Shown here in pieces: positions 8,920-17,640 of a DNA stretch of 64,000 nt. Under the pieces are notes generated by a model. It was not told the origin of the DNA and did not search any database. It saw nothing but the letters and a program-made list of their open reading frames with translations. The stretch's first letter is position 1. Every line of letters starts with the position of its first letter. Origin of the DNA: an uncultured Alphaproteobacteria bacterium (lineage in GTDB: Bacteria > Pseudomonadota > Alphaproteobacteria > Puniceispirillales > Puniceispirillaceae); contig CALKIF010000007.1 in NCBI GenBank assembly GCA_937988715.1, positions 2,042 to 66,041 on the forward strand, given 5' to 3'. A program made the translations under genes and the position numbers.

Positions 8920-9231
8920 TCAGCGGCGTTTGCCTGGCACACGAGAGGTGAAATGGGGCGGGCGTTTGCGAACCCAGCGGATGAATTTAGCCAGACGTGG
9001 GTGGGCCCGCAGCTGGTCAGGCGTGGTGTAATCACGCGCCAGCTCAGCCTCGCTCAGACTGGCATGTATCTCTTTATGACAGATATGATGCAATAATACA
9101 GTTTCCCCGTTTTTACCGCCTTTCAGCTTGGGAATCAGGTGATGACGCGATTGCGGTACGTCTTTCGGGATAGGACGCCCACATAACGCGCAGTCAGGCA
9201 GCTCATCTATATCAGAATGATCGCTATTCAC
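8920..9231 (-). CDS. Small stand-alone HNH endonuclease
   Basis: CALCGRPIP...RHHLIPKLKGGKNGETVLLHHICHKEIH gives CxxC plus the H-N-H core. I prefer the GTG start at 9231 because it forms a GTGA start/stop overlap with the upstream ORF. The ATG at 9348 in the ORF track would overlap that ORF by 120 nt. Confidence 0.7.
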   Translation of the reverse strand: MNSDHSDIDELPDCALCGRPIPKDVPQSRHHLIPKLKGGKNGETVLLHHICHKEIHASLSEAELARDYTTPDQLRAHPRLAKFIRWVRKRPPHFTSRVPGKRR

Positions 9232-9671
9232 GGCTGAAACGGACGAGAAAAGGTGAACGCATAAGCGCTCGGGCCGTTTTCGCGCAACGCGTCCAGCCTG
9301 TCTGCGCCTTCTTCGGGGGTGGGCAGATGGCCTGTCTTGACCCACCAAAGCGCCATATGGACATCGATAGGGTCAAACCAGTCTTGGCGGCGTTTCATAA
9401 TGGCCGTGTGTTGGGCATTGCGGTAGGTAAATGCACGCAGCGCCTCCAGATCACGCCAGACAGACATATTCAGCAATAGATGAGGGTCGGAGAACAGGCG
9501 GATATCTGTTGCGTTATTCCCGTCTCCGGTCAGGCGCCAGATAAAGCCATCTGAGGCCTCAGCTTCAGCATTCACCGAATCTAATGCCGCCATGAAATCA
9601 GCATTTACCGGGTCTTCAGGGGCAGCACGAAAGCGGGCAATATTGATCTGGGCAAGGTAAACGTCAGTCAT
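9228..9671 (-). CDS. DUF3291-like protein of unknown function
   Basis: YLAQINIARFRAAPEDPVNADFMAALDSVNAEAEASDGFIWRL...WWV matches my recollection of the DUF3291 N-terminal pattern. Confidence 0.65.
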   Translation of the reverse strand: MTDVYLAQINIARFRAAPEDPVNADFMAALDSVNAEAEASDGFIWRLTGDGNNATDIRLFSDPHLLLNMSVWRDLEALRAFTYRNAQHTAIMKRRQDWFDPIDVHMALWWVKTGHLPTPEEGADRLDALRENGPSAYAFTFSRPFQP

Positions 9672-9900
9672 TTTGGGCCTGATATGCGTTTCAAAAAAAA
9701 GACCGCGCTCATACAGAAAACGCCCAGCAGTTAGATAAGAATCTGAGATTCCATTTGCTTTTCAGCAATCTACTGGACGTTTCCTTTTTAACTTCGTCAT
9801 CTGGCACCCTCTTGTTCAGGAGCTTACTGTATAGTGTGGTGCCGATTTGAAGCATCTTCAAGCATGCGCGCGTAAAGAAATGGAGTCAAACCTGTTTGTG

Positions 9901-9915
9901 GAGAAAATTTTTCTC
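9901..9915. promoter_or_regulatory. Palindrome GAGAAAA-t-TTTTCTC
   Basis: Perfect 7-bp arms around a single central base, about 50 bp upstream of the candidate -24 element. Confidence 0.3.
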
Positions 9916-9959
9916 AAATTTGCCTTATCCGTCCTGCGGGAGCTGGTCAGCTGGTCGCT

Positions 9960-9976
9960 CTGGCATTTTGTTTGCA
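9960..9976 (+). promoter_or_regulatory. Candidate sigma-54 (-24/-12) promoter
   Basis: CTGGCATtttgtTTGCAt: GG at 9962-9963 and GC at 9974-9975 have the canonical spacing of TGGCAC-N5-TTGCW. It lies about 40 nt upstream of ATG 10016, with GGGAGAGGGG as the SD. Confidence 0.45.
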
Positions 9977-10015
9977 TGTCGAAGACAGAAGTCTGACTTT
10001 TGACGGGAGAGGGGT

Positions 10016-10285
10016 ATGACGGAAAAGCTGGGTTCGGAATATATCGTTGATATTATTGAGGCGACCATACGCGTGTTGGTGGGAACAGGATTGACCCGCG
10101 AACAGGCCCTGCAAGTGATGCTGAGCCAGCTGGCCGTACAGGTCAGCCCTGAGGTAATGAAAATGGCCGTATCAGTCAGCGAGAAATACGCACATGCTTT
10201 TGATGCCGGGGAATGGGATCCAAACGGGTCCAGCCAGAAACAGGCAAAATGTGGCACAGGAGAGCAGCCCTTTGCCTATCTGTAA
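10016..10285 (+). CDS. Hypothetical 89-aa soluble protein
   Basis: Protein-like helical sequence (MTEKLGSEYIVDIIEATIRVLVGTGLTREQALQVMLSQL...) with a strong SD. The overlapping minus-strand ORF is Cys/Ser-rich and unconvincing. Confidence 0.4.
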   Translation: MTEKLGSEYIVDIIEATIRVLVGTGLTREQALQVMLSQLAVQVSPEVMKMAVSVSEKYAHAFDAGEWDPNGSSQKQAKCGTGEQPFAYL

Positions 10286-10365
10286 GCTGAGGCTGTTCAG
10301 GCGAACCGCTTGACACAGGCAGCCTGACAAGGCCAACCTTTATGGATATGAGGGGAGGCGTTGAG

Positions 10366-11073
10366 ATGTCGGATATAAAGGCGCTGTTATTTGATGTTTT
10401 CGGGACAGTTGTTGATTGGCGGTCCTGCATTTCTGATGAAATACGCCTGCTTGCCCGCCAGCATGACGTGGCTTGCGATGCAGAACAATTAGCTGATGAA
10501 TGGCGGGCCCAGTATCAGCCGGCCATGGAAGCCATCAGAAGCGGCCAACGTGGCTTCACCCGTCTAGATATACTTCACGCCGAAAATTTAGATCATGTGC
10601 TGGCGGCAAATGGCATCACCTCTTTTTCAGCCGCGGAAAAAGCGCATCTGGTAAAAGCCTGGCACAGGTTGCAAGGCTGGCCTGATTCCTCAGCAGGTTT
10701 ATACAGGCTGAAACAACAGTTCATCATTGCCCCGCAATCAAATGGGAATATCGCCCTTATCGTCAATATGGCCAAAGCCGCGGATTTGCCCTGGGATGTG
10801 GTATTGGGGGCTGAGATCGTGCAGACCTATAAACCCCGGCCAGAAGCTTATGAGCGGGCCTGTGATGCGCTGGGTTTAAGACCTCAAGATTGCATGATGG
10901 TCGCGGCTCATAATGATGATTTGTTTGCCGCCAGAAATACAGGCATGAAAACAGCCTTTGTGAAACGTCCCACAGAACATGGCCCGCAACAGACAACAGA
11001 TTTAACAGCTGAATCAGACTGGGATTTCGGTGTGGACAGTTTTCTTGAGCTGGCAGAACAGCTGGGATGCTGA
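10366..11073 (+). CDS. Haloacid dehalogenase type II (HAD superfamily)
   Basis: LLFDVFGTVVDW (nucleophile Asp), QSNGN, YKPRPEAY and VAAHNDDL are L-2-haloacid dehalogenase motifs. Start trimmed to ATG 10366 behind GGGGAGG. Confidence 0.8.
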   Translation: MSDIKALLFDVFGTVVDWRSCISDEIRLLARQHDVACDAEQLADEWRAQYQPAMEAIRSGQRGFTRLDILHAENLDHVLAANGITSFSAAEKAHLVKAWHRLQGWPDSSAGLYRLKQQFIIAPQSNGNIALIVNMAKAADLPWDVVLGAEIVQTYKPRPEAYERACDALGLRPQDCMMVAAHNDDLFAARNTGMKTAFVKRPTEHGPQQTTDLTAESDWDFGVDSFLELAEQLGC

Positions 11074-11140
11074 TGGTCATATGGGCCCGGCCTGAACGGA
11101 CTGGCCGAACATTAGGTGGTAGATAAAGAAAGTTAAGATT

Positions 11141-11392
11141 ATGGTTTCCGTTTTTTTGCAGAATATCGCTCTGATATTGGTCACCTTGCTGATTTTATTT
11201 AATCACAAGGCTGATTACACCCTGTATCTGGCCATTGCCGCTATCGTGATCGCCAGTGTTAGAATCGTCTTTGTCGACAGTTCTGGTTCAGCCAAAGTCA
11301 CGCTATTTCTGCTGCAGAGTTTTCTGTTTTCGCTGGCGATATGGTATGTATTTTTTCCCAAGCATATTCACGATATTTTAAACGCGTTTTAA
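11141..11392 (+). CDS. Hypothetical 83-aa membrane protein
   Basis: Three hydrophobic segments. No family recognised. Confidence 0.4.
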   Translation: MVSVFLQNIALILVTLLILFNHKADYTLYLAIAAIVIASVRIVFVDSSGSAKVTLFLLQSFLFSLAIWYVFFPKHIHDILNAF

Positions 11393-11431
11393 GGGCTTGC
11401 GGCCCACAAACAGTCTTTATGGAGAGGTAAA

Positions 11432-11848
11432 ATGAGCAGCCCGCTTTGGAAAGGTCAGGCGTTCAGCATCAGCCACGCAGATGGATCCGGCACCACCGAG
11501 AGCCATTTTGAAGGGGGGTTGCGCGCGTTTTTCGAATATCGCGATCTGGGCATCGCTGCGGCAACCGGCGGGTCTTATGTGGCCCATGTCATCCGTGCGG
11601 TCCCCGGCCGTCATGCGGAACCGACCTGGCATGTTCATGATCTGGATTTTCAGATGGTCTATATTCTGCAAGGCTGGGTGGTGTTTGAATATGAAGGACA
11701 AGGTGAGGTGACCTTGCGGCCAGGCACATGTGTTCTGCAACCCCCCGGCATCCGGCATCGTGAGGTCAGGCATAGCGATGATCTAGAGCTTATTGAAATC
11801 TGCTCGCCAGCGAAATTTGAAACCACGCTGACAGACGCTCCTGACTAA
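11432..11848 (+). CDS. Cupin-domain protein
   Basis: WHVHDLDFQMVYILQGWVVFEYEG...LRPGTCVLQPPGIRHREV carries cupin motifs 1 and 2. Confidence 0.7.
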   Translation: MSSPLWKGQAFSISHADGSGTTESHFEGGLRAFFEYRDLGIAAATGGSYVAHVIRAVPGRHAEPTWHVHDLDFQMVYILQGWVVFEYEGQGEVTLRPGTCVLQPPGIRHREVRHSDDLELIEICSPAKFETTLTDAPD

Positions 11849-11866
11849 AGTTTTGATGTTGTTTGG

Positions 11867-12469
11867 CTATGCGCCCAGCAGAACCGGCATCAGAGTGAAC
11901 AACAGCAGACCGGCCATAACAAAATTAAATCGCCTGAGCGCCTGTCTGTTCTGCAAGAACGCGCCGACAAGGCTGCCGCCATAGGTCCATAAAACCGTCG
12001 CCATAATCGTCACCACAGCAAACACAAAGGTGATAATCGCGGTCGACAGCATAAGATTGTCTGTCTTGCCGATATATACCGTCACCGAAGATGTAATCAC
12101 AATAACTGCCTTTGGATTAATGAACTGAAACAGCAGGGCGGTACCAAAGCCTAATGGCGTTGCGGTTCTGTCTGCTCCTTCCGGCGGGGCGGATGTGGCG
12201 ATTTTCCAGCTCAGATACAGAAGAAAGAGAATACCGGCAAAACGGGCGATATCTATGATTTGCGGAAATAGAGCAAACAGGCTGGACAGACCTAAACTCG
12301 CCATAACCACAAGGCTGAGAAAGCCGACAGTTACGCCGCAGATATGCGGGACTGTGCGGCGCAGGCCGAAATTTGCGCCAGAGGCGGCCAGCATCAGATT
12401 ATTGGGGCCCGGCGTGAAAGCCGAGATCCCGGCAAAGGTAGACAAGGCAATCAGATTTACTGAATCCAT
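11867..12469 (-). CDS. LysE/RhtB-family amino-acid exporter
   Basis: FTPGPNNLMLAASGANFGLRRT and six TM segments. Start trimmed to ATG 12469. Confidence 0.8.
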   Translation of the reverse strand: MDSVNLIALSTFAGISAFTPGPNNLMLAASGANFGLRRTVPHICGVTVGFLSLVVMASLGLSSLFALFPQIIDIARFAGILFLLYLSWKIATSAPPEGADRTATPLGFGTALLFQFINPKAVIVITSSVTVYIGKTDNLMLSTAIITFVFAVVTIMATVLWTYGGSLVGAFLQNRQALRRFNFVMAGLLLFTLMPVLLGA

Positions 12470-12533
12470 CAACGCAGTTCCGCCTGTTTGTTCTGATCCC
12501 TTGTGCGCCTTGCAAAGGGCCCGCAAGCAAGAG

Positions 12534-13982
12534 TTACTGGCTTTTGGCAGATTTTACAAGGCAGGCGATACGATGTGGCCAGAGCAGATCGCAAACGGTT
12601 TTGGTTTGCCGCTGATTCAGGTCAGGGGTGCGTATTCTGTAGAAGCGCGGGCCGGCATTGCTCACTTCGGCGATTTGAAGCGGCAGTTTGGCGAATAAGG
12701 TGCTGAATTTTTGCTCCAGCCGCTGTTTTTCGGCGGTGGCATTTTCCAGCCGTGAAAAGGCCCCTAGCTGGGCAAAGTAGGCAGCCTTTGATGATGCCTG
12801 GCTGTTGTTTGTCGGCTCAAGCGGTGTGGCCAGATTCACATGAGCGTTCGCTTGTTGGTCAAGAAGGTGAAGAACGGGCGCAGGGCTCTGTGGTTCTGGT
12901 ATAGGGGCGGATAATACTGCTGAAGTGTCAGCCACCTCTGATGTTTGTTTCGGCTGCATCGGGATCAGCTCTGTGCTGGGGGCCTGTTTTGCCGCAAGTT
13001 CCTCAGGCTTGTTCTGTTCTGCGGGCCTCTCAACAGAAGAGGGGGCCTTAACTTTATTTTGTGGCGGGCGCTCCGGGCGTGACACAGGCCCGTTGATCTC
13101 TGCCAGCTTTGGAGGGGCAGGCTTCATCTGGACTTTTTTGGGGGTGACCGGTTCTTCTTTTGGTGATGTCGCCGCTTTTGTCGCTGGTTTCTGTCCGGGC
13201 AGGGTCAGGGTAAAGCTGTTGCCGCCACCGATAGACAGCTTCACTTCCTTGTTTTGTTGTTCTGGCTCTGGCTTATTTTGTGCTTTTTCTCTGGCAATGG
13301 GTCTGGCTGGTTCTTCTGTGCCGCCTTGTTCAGATTTTGACAGAATAGCGGTGTTCACAGGCGCGTCAGGTGCAGTTGCTCTGGCGGTGACAAGCGGTGC
13401 TGGTGCAGGTGAACGGGTGCGGCGGGGGCCGGTTTCTGCAGCAGAGGGTTGCGCGCTTGCCGCCGGAGAGGCGGTGTCATCCAACAAATAAGCCAGTTCA
13501 GGCTTTTGCTGGCGGATCATCTCATCACCTTGTTCGAACAGGCTTTTGCACTGGCTGTTGACCAAAGTCCTGATTTTTTTCGCACCGAAAACCTCTGCTG
13601 AGGCAGATTGCCCGGTCTGGTTCGACAGGGTTTCTGTTTCTTCATCTCCGGCAATCATCAGACTCGACAGAACCCAGTCACGATAACTGGCGATCAACTG
13701 GTTGATTTCCTGTTCTGTGCTGTCACGCTGCAGCTCAAGCATCACCGCTTTTCGGATGACCGCGCCTGCAAATTTGCGCCGTTCCTGCCATAATGATCCC
13801 AAATCGGGATTGAGAACAGATTGTGATTCCATCAGCGCTGAAAAGCTGGCACAAATCGCGCCTTGTTCAGCCAGCTGGCCATAGCTGTTCCATGTCTCCA
13901 GCCGCAATTCAGCCTGGGCCTTGGCTGGCAGAAGCCAGCTCAAAAACAGCAAAGCGGCAGAAATGATCCGGAATAACGGCAT
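12534..13982 (-). CDS. SPOR-domain (peptidoglycan-binding) protein with a long Pro/Ala/Lys/Glu-rich linker
   Basis: Signal peptide MPLFRIISAALLFLSWLLPAKAQA. The C-terminal block AYFAQLGAFSRLENATAEKQRLEQKF...FYRIRTPDL is SPOR-like. Confidence 0.75.
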   Translation of the reverse strand: MPLFRIISAALLFLSWLLPAKAQAELRLETWNSYGQLAEQGAICASFSALMESQSVLNPDLGSLWQERRKFAGAVIRKAVMLELQRDSTEQEINQLIASYRDWVLSSLMIAGDEETETLSNQTGQSASAEVFGAKKIRTLVNSQCKSLFEQGDEMIRQQKPELAYLLDDTASPAASAQPSAAETGPRRTRSPAPAPLVTARATAPDAPVNTAILSKSEQGGTEEPARPIAREKAQNKPEPEQQNKEVKLSIGGGNSFTLTLPGQKPATKAATSPKEEPVTPKKVQMKPAPPKLAEINGPVSRPERPPQNKVKAPSSVERPAEQNKPEELAAKQAPSTELIPMQPKQTSEVADTSAVLSAPIPEPQSPAPVLHLLDQQANAHVNLATPLEPTNNSQASSKAAYFAQLGAFSRLENATAEKQRLEQKFSTLFAKLPLQIAEVSNAGPRFYRIRTPDLNQRQTKTVCDLLWPHRIACLVKSAKSQ

Positions 13983-14060
13983 GGTTTCAGGACTACTCTC
14001 AATAAAAATCAGTCACTTGTTTGCAGGAGGGATGCAAAATTGATGCCGCTGGCGGGGGTG

Positions 14061-15584
14061 TCAGCCGTTCTGATCAAACTGTATGGCATCATGGGCTGCC
14101 CGCAGCAGTGCCCGCGCTTTATTCTGGCATTCTTCATATTCAGATTGTTCAACTGAATCATAGACAATACCTGCCCCGGCCTGAACATGCATCTGGCCGT
14201 CTTTCACCACCGCTGTCCGCAAAGCGATACAGCTGTCCATCTCCCCGGCAGCGCTGATATAGCCAACCGCTCCGGCATAGATGCCGCGGCGGTCTGTCTC
14301 CAGCTCATCAATGATTTCCATGGCTCTGATCTTTGGTGCGCCTGACACTGTGCCCGCAGGAAAGCCAGCAACCAGCGCGTCAATAACATCACATTCCGGT
14401 CTGATCTTCCCTCTCACTTCTGAGGCGATATGCATAACATGGCTGTAAAGTTCAATTTCAAAATCTGACACCACACGAACAGACCCTGGTTGCGCAACCC
14501 GGCCGACATCATTGCGGCCTAAATCCAGCAACATCAGATGCTCAGCCCGCTCTTTGATGTCAGACAACAAATCATCAGCATTGGCCTTGTCTTCTTCTTC
14601 ATTGCGGCCACGTGGCCGTGTGCCAGCGATGGGGCGGATCGTCACTTCGCCTTCTCGCAACCTGACCAGAATTTCAGGGCTGGAGCCGACAATAGAGACA
14701 TCGCCAAGGTTGAAATGAAACAGGAAGGGCGACGGGTTCAGGCGTCGTAAACTGCGATACAGAGCGATAGAGGGCAGGGAAAACGGAATTGAGAATCGTT
14801 GCGAGAGAACAACCTGAAAAATATCCCCTGATTTGATATATTCTTTTGCTTTGCGCACCATCTCAAAAAAGCTGTCTTTTGACATATTGCTTTTTGGTGT
14901 GGTGACGTCCGTTGCCGCCGGCACCGCAGGAATTGAGGGCAGGGGGGCCTGTAGCCGGGATTCGATCAGATCAAGTTCGTGATTGGCTGTGTTCCAGGCA
15001 TTATCAGCTGTTTCAAAATCTGCTGGCCTGATTTGGTAACACAGGGTGATGGTATCTTTCAGCCTGTCAAAAATGGCCACAACAGACGGGCGCATCAATA
15101 CAGAATCATGGACGTCAAGCCGGTCAGGATTGTCATCAGGCAGGCTTTCAACATGTCTGATCATATCATAGCCCAGATAACCAAACAGCCCTGCCGCCAT
15201 TGGTGGCAAAGGGTGGGTGTCATCCATCCAGCTTTCAGCGATCAGCGCACGCAGACTGTCCAGCGGCTGCACAGCAGGCAGTTCTTCAAACTCATCTGGT
15301 CTGGTCTGGGCTGACCTGTTGATAAAGACCTTGTCCTTTTTGCTCTGCCAGATCAGATCCGGCTTCAGGGCCACAACTGAAAACCGGCCTCTGACTTCAC
15401 CACCTTCTACTGATTCCAACAGGCAGTGATGGGTCTCACCATCAGCCAGTTTCATCATCACACCCACAGGGGTCTGGGTATCCGCAACAAGCGTGCGATA
15501 AATAATCTGATTTAACCCAGCAGCAAATAGCTCTGCACAGGTCTGGCGGTCATGATGCGCAAGGCCCAATGTCTGTTCGCTCAT
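14061..15584 (-). CDS. trpE: Anthranilate synthase component I
   Basis: LLESVEGGE, SPEILVR, IAGTRPRG, EHLMLLDLGRNDVGR and GYISAAGEMDSCIALRT are canonical TrpE blocks. Confidence 0.95.
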   Translation of the reverse strand: MSEQTLGLAHHDRQTCAELFAAGLNQIIYRTLVADTQTPVGVMMKLADGETHHCLLESVEGGEVRGRFSVVALKPDLIWQSKKDKVFINRSAQTRPDEFEELPAVQPLDSLRALIAESWMDDTHPLPPMAAGLFGYLGYDMIRHVESLPDDNPDRLDVHDSVLMRPSVVAIFDRLKDTITLCYQIRPADFETADNAWNTANHELDLIESRLQAPLPSIPAVPAATDVTTPKSNMSKDSFFEMVRKAKEYIKSGDIFQVVLSQRFSIPFSLPSIALYRSLRRLNPSPFLFHFNLGDVSIVGSSPEILVRLREGEVTIRPIAGTRPRGRNEEEDKANADDLLSDIKERAEHLMLLDLGRNDVGRVAQPGSVRVVSDFEIELYSHVMHIASEVRGKIRPECDVIDALVAGFPAGTVSGAPKIRAMEIIDELETDRRGIYAGAVGYISAAGEMDSCIALRTAVVKDGQMHVQAGAGIVYDSVEQSEYEECQNKARALLRAAHDAIQFDQNG

Positions 15585-15618
15585 ATCCGGGGCTCCATGG
15601 CATATGCCTCACGCAGGT

Positions 15619-17490
15619 CTACTGACCTGCCTGGCCAACCAGTACTTGCTGGACCAGAGCAGGATTGAGTTCCAAAGCGTGTGTTTCAGACAACGCCAGC
15701 GCCAGCGCAGAGGACAAATCAGAGCCGACCAAGCGGTTCAGGCCATTTTGCATGGTCTCGCTCATCTCAGCCTGTTCAGACTGGTCTGCCGCAACAACAG
15801 ATTCTGTGCGCACCACGATAACGCTGTCACCTGTTTCAACCATCTTAGCCTCGCCAATGGCTTGTGAAAATGCGGCGTCCGCGATAAGGCCGGCGGCGGC
15901 ATGGTCAAGGCCGCTGCCTGTCCGGCGGAACAAGCCGCTCTCAGGGTCATTGGCCAGGCTGGTGTCTGCTGAGGACATGATCTGTTCTGCCTGCGCTCTG
16001 GCAGCGTCAAGAGCGCGTTGCTGAGTCCAGTCAGCAGCCAGCCTGTTTCTGACCTCTTCAAGACTGCGGCTGCGGCTGTCAGCTTCATCTGTTGGCCGCA
16101 CCACGAAAAAGCTGTTCCCTACGGTTTCAATAACGGTGCTGATGGTGTCGATATCCAGCTCCCAGGCCTGCTGCAAAAACAGGCTGTCTGTGGCCAGATC
16201 GCCATAGGAATCAGTCACTGGCTGGCCATCAATATCCCGGCCATTGCGGTCAATATTTTCAATAATGCCCACAATCATATCCAGCTGTGCAGCAGCCTCT
16301 GACAGGCTGGCCCCGGTCCCCAGATTATCTTCTAGCTGGTTTGCATAATCATAAACTGTGTCAATGGCCTGTTCAGCGACAAGGGTGCTGGCAATCTGGT
16401 CTCTGACCTCTTCAAAACTTGCTTCACTTCCTGGCTGGACCTCATCAACCAGAACAAGGTGATAGCCAAAAGATGAAGCAACCGGACCTGCAGCTTCATT
16501 CACCGTTGCGGAAAATACCGTTTCAGCCAGCTCATCAGCCAAATCACGGCGTGTCACCAGCCCCAGATCAGTGTCACTGTCTGTCCAGTTCAAGGTCTCT
16601 TCTGCCACTGTTGCAAAGCTTTTGCCGGCATTCAGTTCAGCTTTGGCAGCGGCGGCATCCTGTTCAGTATCAAACACCATCTGGCGCAGGCGGCGGCGTT
16701 CTGGTGTGATAAATTCATCCCGGCGCAGATCAAACGCTGTTCTGAGCGCGGTGTCTTCAATTTCAATCCGGTCTTCAATCAAGTCAGGGGACAGATAAAT
16801 AACCTCAAAGCTGCGCAAAGCAGGTGCATCATAATTTTCCTGTTCACGGTCAAAAAAAGCAGCCAGTTCAGCTTCAGACGGCGCGGCGATGGTCTGATCC
16901 TTCACATCAATCTGCTTTAGGGTCGCTGTTCTCTGCTCCAGCCGGAAGGCAGACAGGCGGGCGGTGATGGCTTGCGGAAACGCCCCGGCGACAGTCACGC
17001 TGCCTTCAATTTGATCCTGCAGCAAGGAATATGACAGCCGGTCAAGATATTGCTGTTCAGTGTAACCGGCCTGTGCCAGGGCGGTTCTGAACCTGATATT
17101 CGAAAACTGGCCCAGCTCATCACGGAAGGCAGGTTCACGCCCAATCGCTGTTTTCTGCATATCACGGGTTGAGGTAACCCCGAGGCGGCTGGCCTCAGCC
17201 TGATATAATGTTCGGCGCGCCAATGTGCCCATAACCTCATTCAGCAGACCTGCCTGCAGAGCCTCTCCTGTAGACAGGCCGCCGCCAACCGAAAGGCGTG
17301 TACGCTCAAATTCTGTTGCGGCTTCAGTTGCCGACACAGATTGATCGCCAGCCTGTACCGCTTTATTGCCGGATGAAAGGAAGCCACCTGACATATCACC
17401 AATTCCCCACAAGGCGAAACCAGCGGCCAGAAACAGAAGAAAGACCTTCATCACAGGCGATTTTGCGCCTTCTCTCATCGAACGTAACAT
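15619..17490 (-). CDS. ppiD: Periplasmic chaperone / peptidyl-prolyl isomerase PpiD-like (SurA N-terminal domain)
   Basis: N-terminal MLRSMREGAKSPVMKVFLLFLAAGFALWGIGD membrane anchor, 623 aa, with a parvulin-like central segment (FGYHLVLV). Confidence 0.8.
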   Translation of the reverse strand: MLRSMREGAKSPVMKVFLLFLAAGFALWGIGDMSGGFLSSGNKAVQAGDQSVSATEAATEFERTRLSVGGGLSTGEALQAGLLNEVMGTLARRTLYQAEASRLGVTSTRDMQKTAIGREPAFRDELGQFSNIRFRTALAQAGYTEQQYLDRLSYSLLQDQIEGSVTVAGAFPQAITARLSAFRLEQRTATLKQIDVKDQTIAAPSEAELAAFFDREQENYDAPALRSFEVIYLSPDLIEDRIEIEDTALRTAFDLRRDEFITPERRRLRQMVFDTEQDAAAAKAELNAGKSFATVAEETLNWTDSDTDLGLVTRRDLADELAETVFSATVNEAAGPVASSFGYHLVLVDEVQPGSEASFEEVRDQIASTLVAEQAIDTVYDYANQLEDNLGTGASLSEAAAQLDMIVGIIENIDRNGRDIDGQPVTDSYGDLATDSLFLQQAWELDIDTISTVIETVGNSFFVVRPTDEADSRSRSLEEVRNRLAADWTQQRALDAARAQAEQIMSSADTSLANDPESGLFRRTGSGLDHAAAGLIADAAFSQAIGEAKMVETGDSVIVVRTESVVAADQSEQAEMSETMQNGLNRLVGSDLSSALALALSETHALELNPALVQQVLVGQAGQ

Positions 17491-17640
17491 CAGCTTGTCC
17501 TTAAAGGGTGGCCAGACACCAGCCAGCCAATCAACTTTGCTATGGGGTGAAACAGTTTTGCGATCTCAAATTTCCCACACTATAAAGAAAACAGGCGGGA
17601 AACCGCAATGCTTAAATCAATGTGAAAGAGATGATTCTGC

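Noticed and set aside
8920-9348. The 142-aa ATG-initiated version of the HNH ORF given in the ORF track.
   Set aside because: It would overlap the DUF3291 gene by 120 nt, and its extra N-terminus is an Arg-rich, low-complexity read-through. The in-frame GTG forming a GTGA overlap is more parsimonious.
9801-9817. A second TGGCAC motif (cTGGCACcctctTGTTc) that looks like a sigma-54 -24 box.
   Set aside because: At the canonical spacing, the -12 position reads TGTT rather than TTGC (no GC dinucleotide). No ORF follows at a suitable distance. It more likely belongs to the GGCACC/GGTGCC inverted repeat.
8902-11866. The idea that the HNH/DUF3291 region is a mobile element or defence island.
   Set aside because: No integrase, transposase, terminal repeats, tRNA target, methyltransferase or other defence genes are present. 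Only the two-gene module itself is retained as a finding.
12925-13491. A 188-aa plus-strand ORF, and similar long ORFs at 28353-28979, 33401-33931, 39430-39987, 43120-43677 and 24280-24738.
   Set aside because: All are antisense or out-of-frame shadows of confidently identified genes (SPOR protein, lipA/lpdA, ntrB, ntrX/trkA, mazG, pdhA/B). Their translations are Ser/Arg/Pro/Cys-rich with no recognisable domains.
15585-15618. A trp attenuator/leader peptide upstream of trpE.
   Set aside because: Only 34 nt separate trpE from the preceding ppiD stop, which leaves no room for a Trp-codon leader ORF or alternative hairpins.
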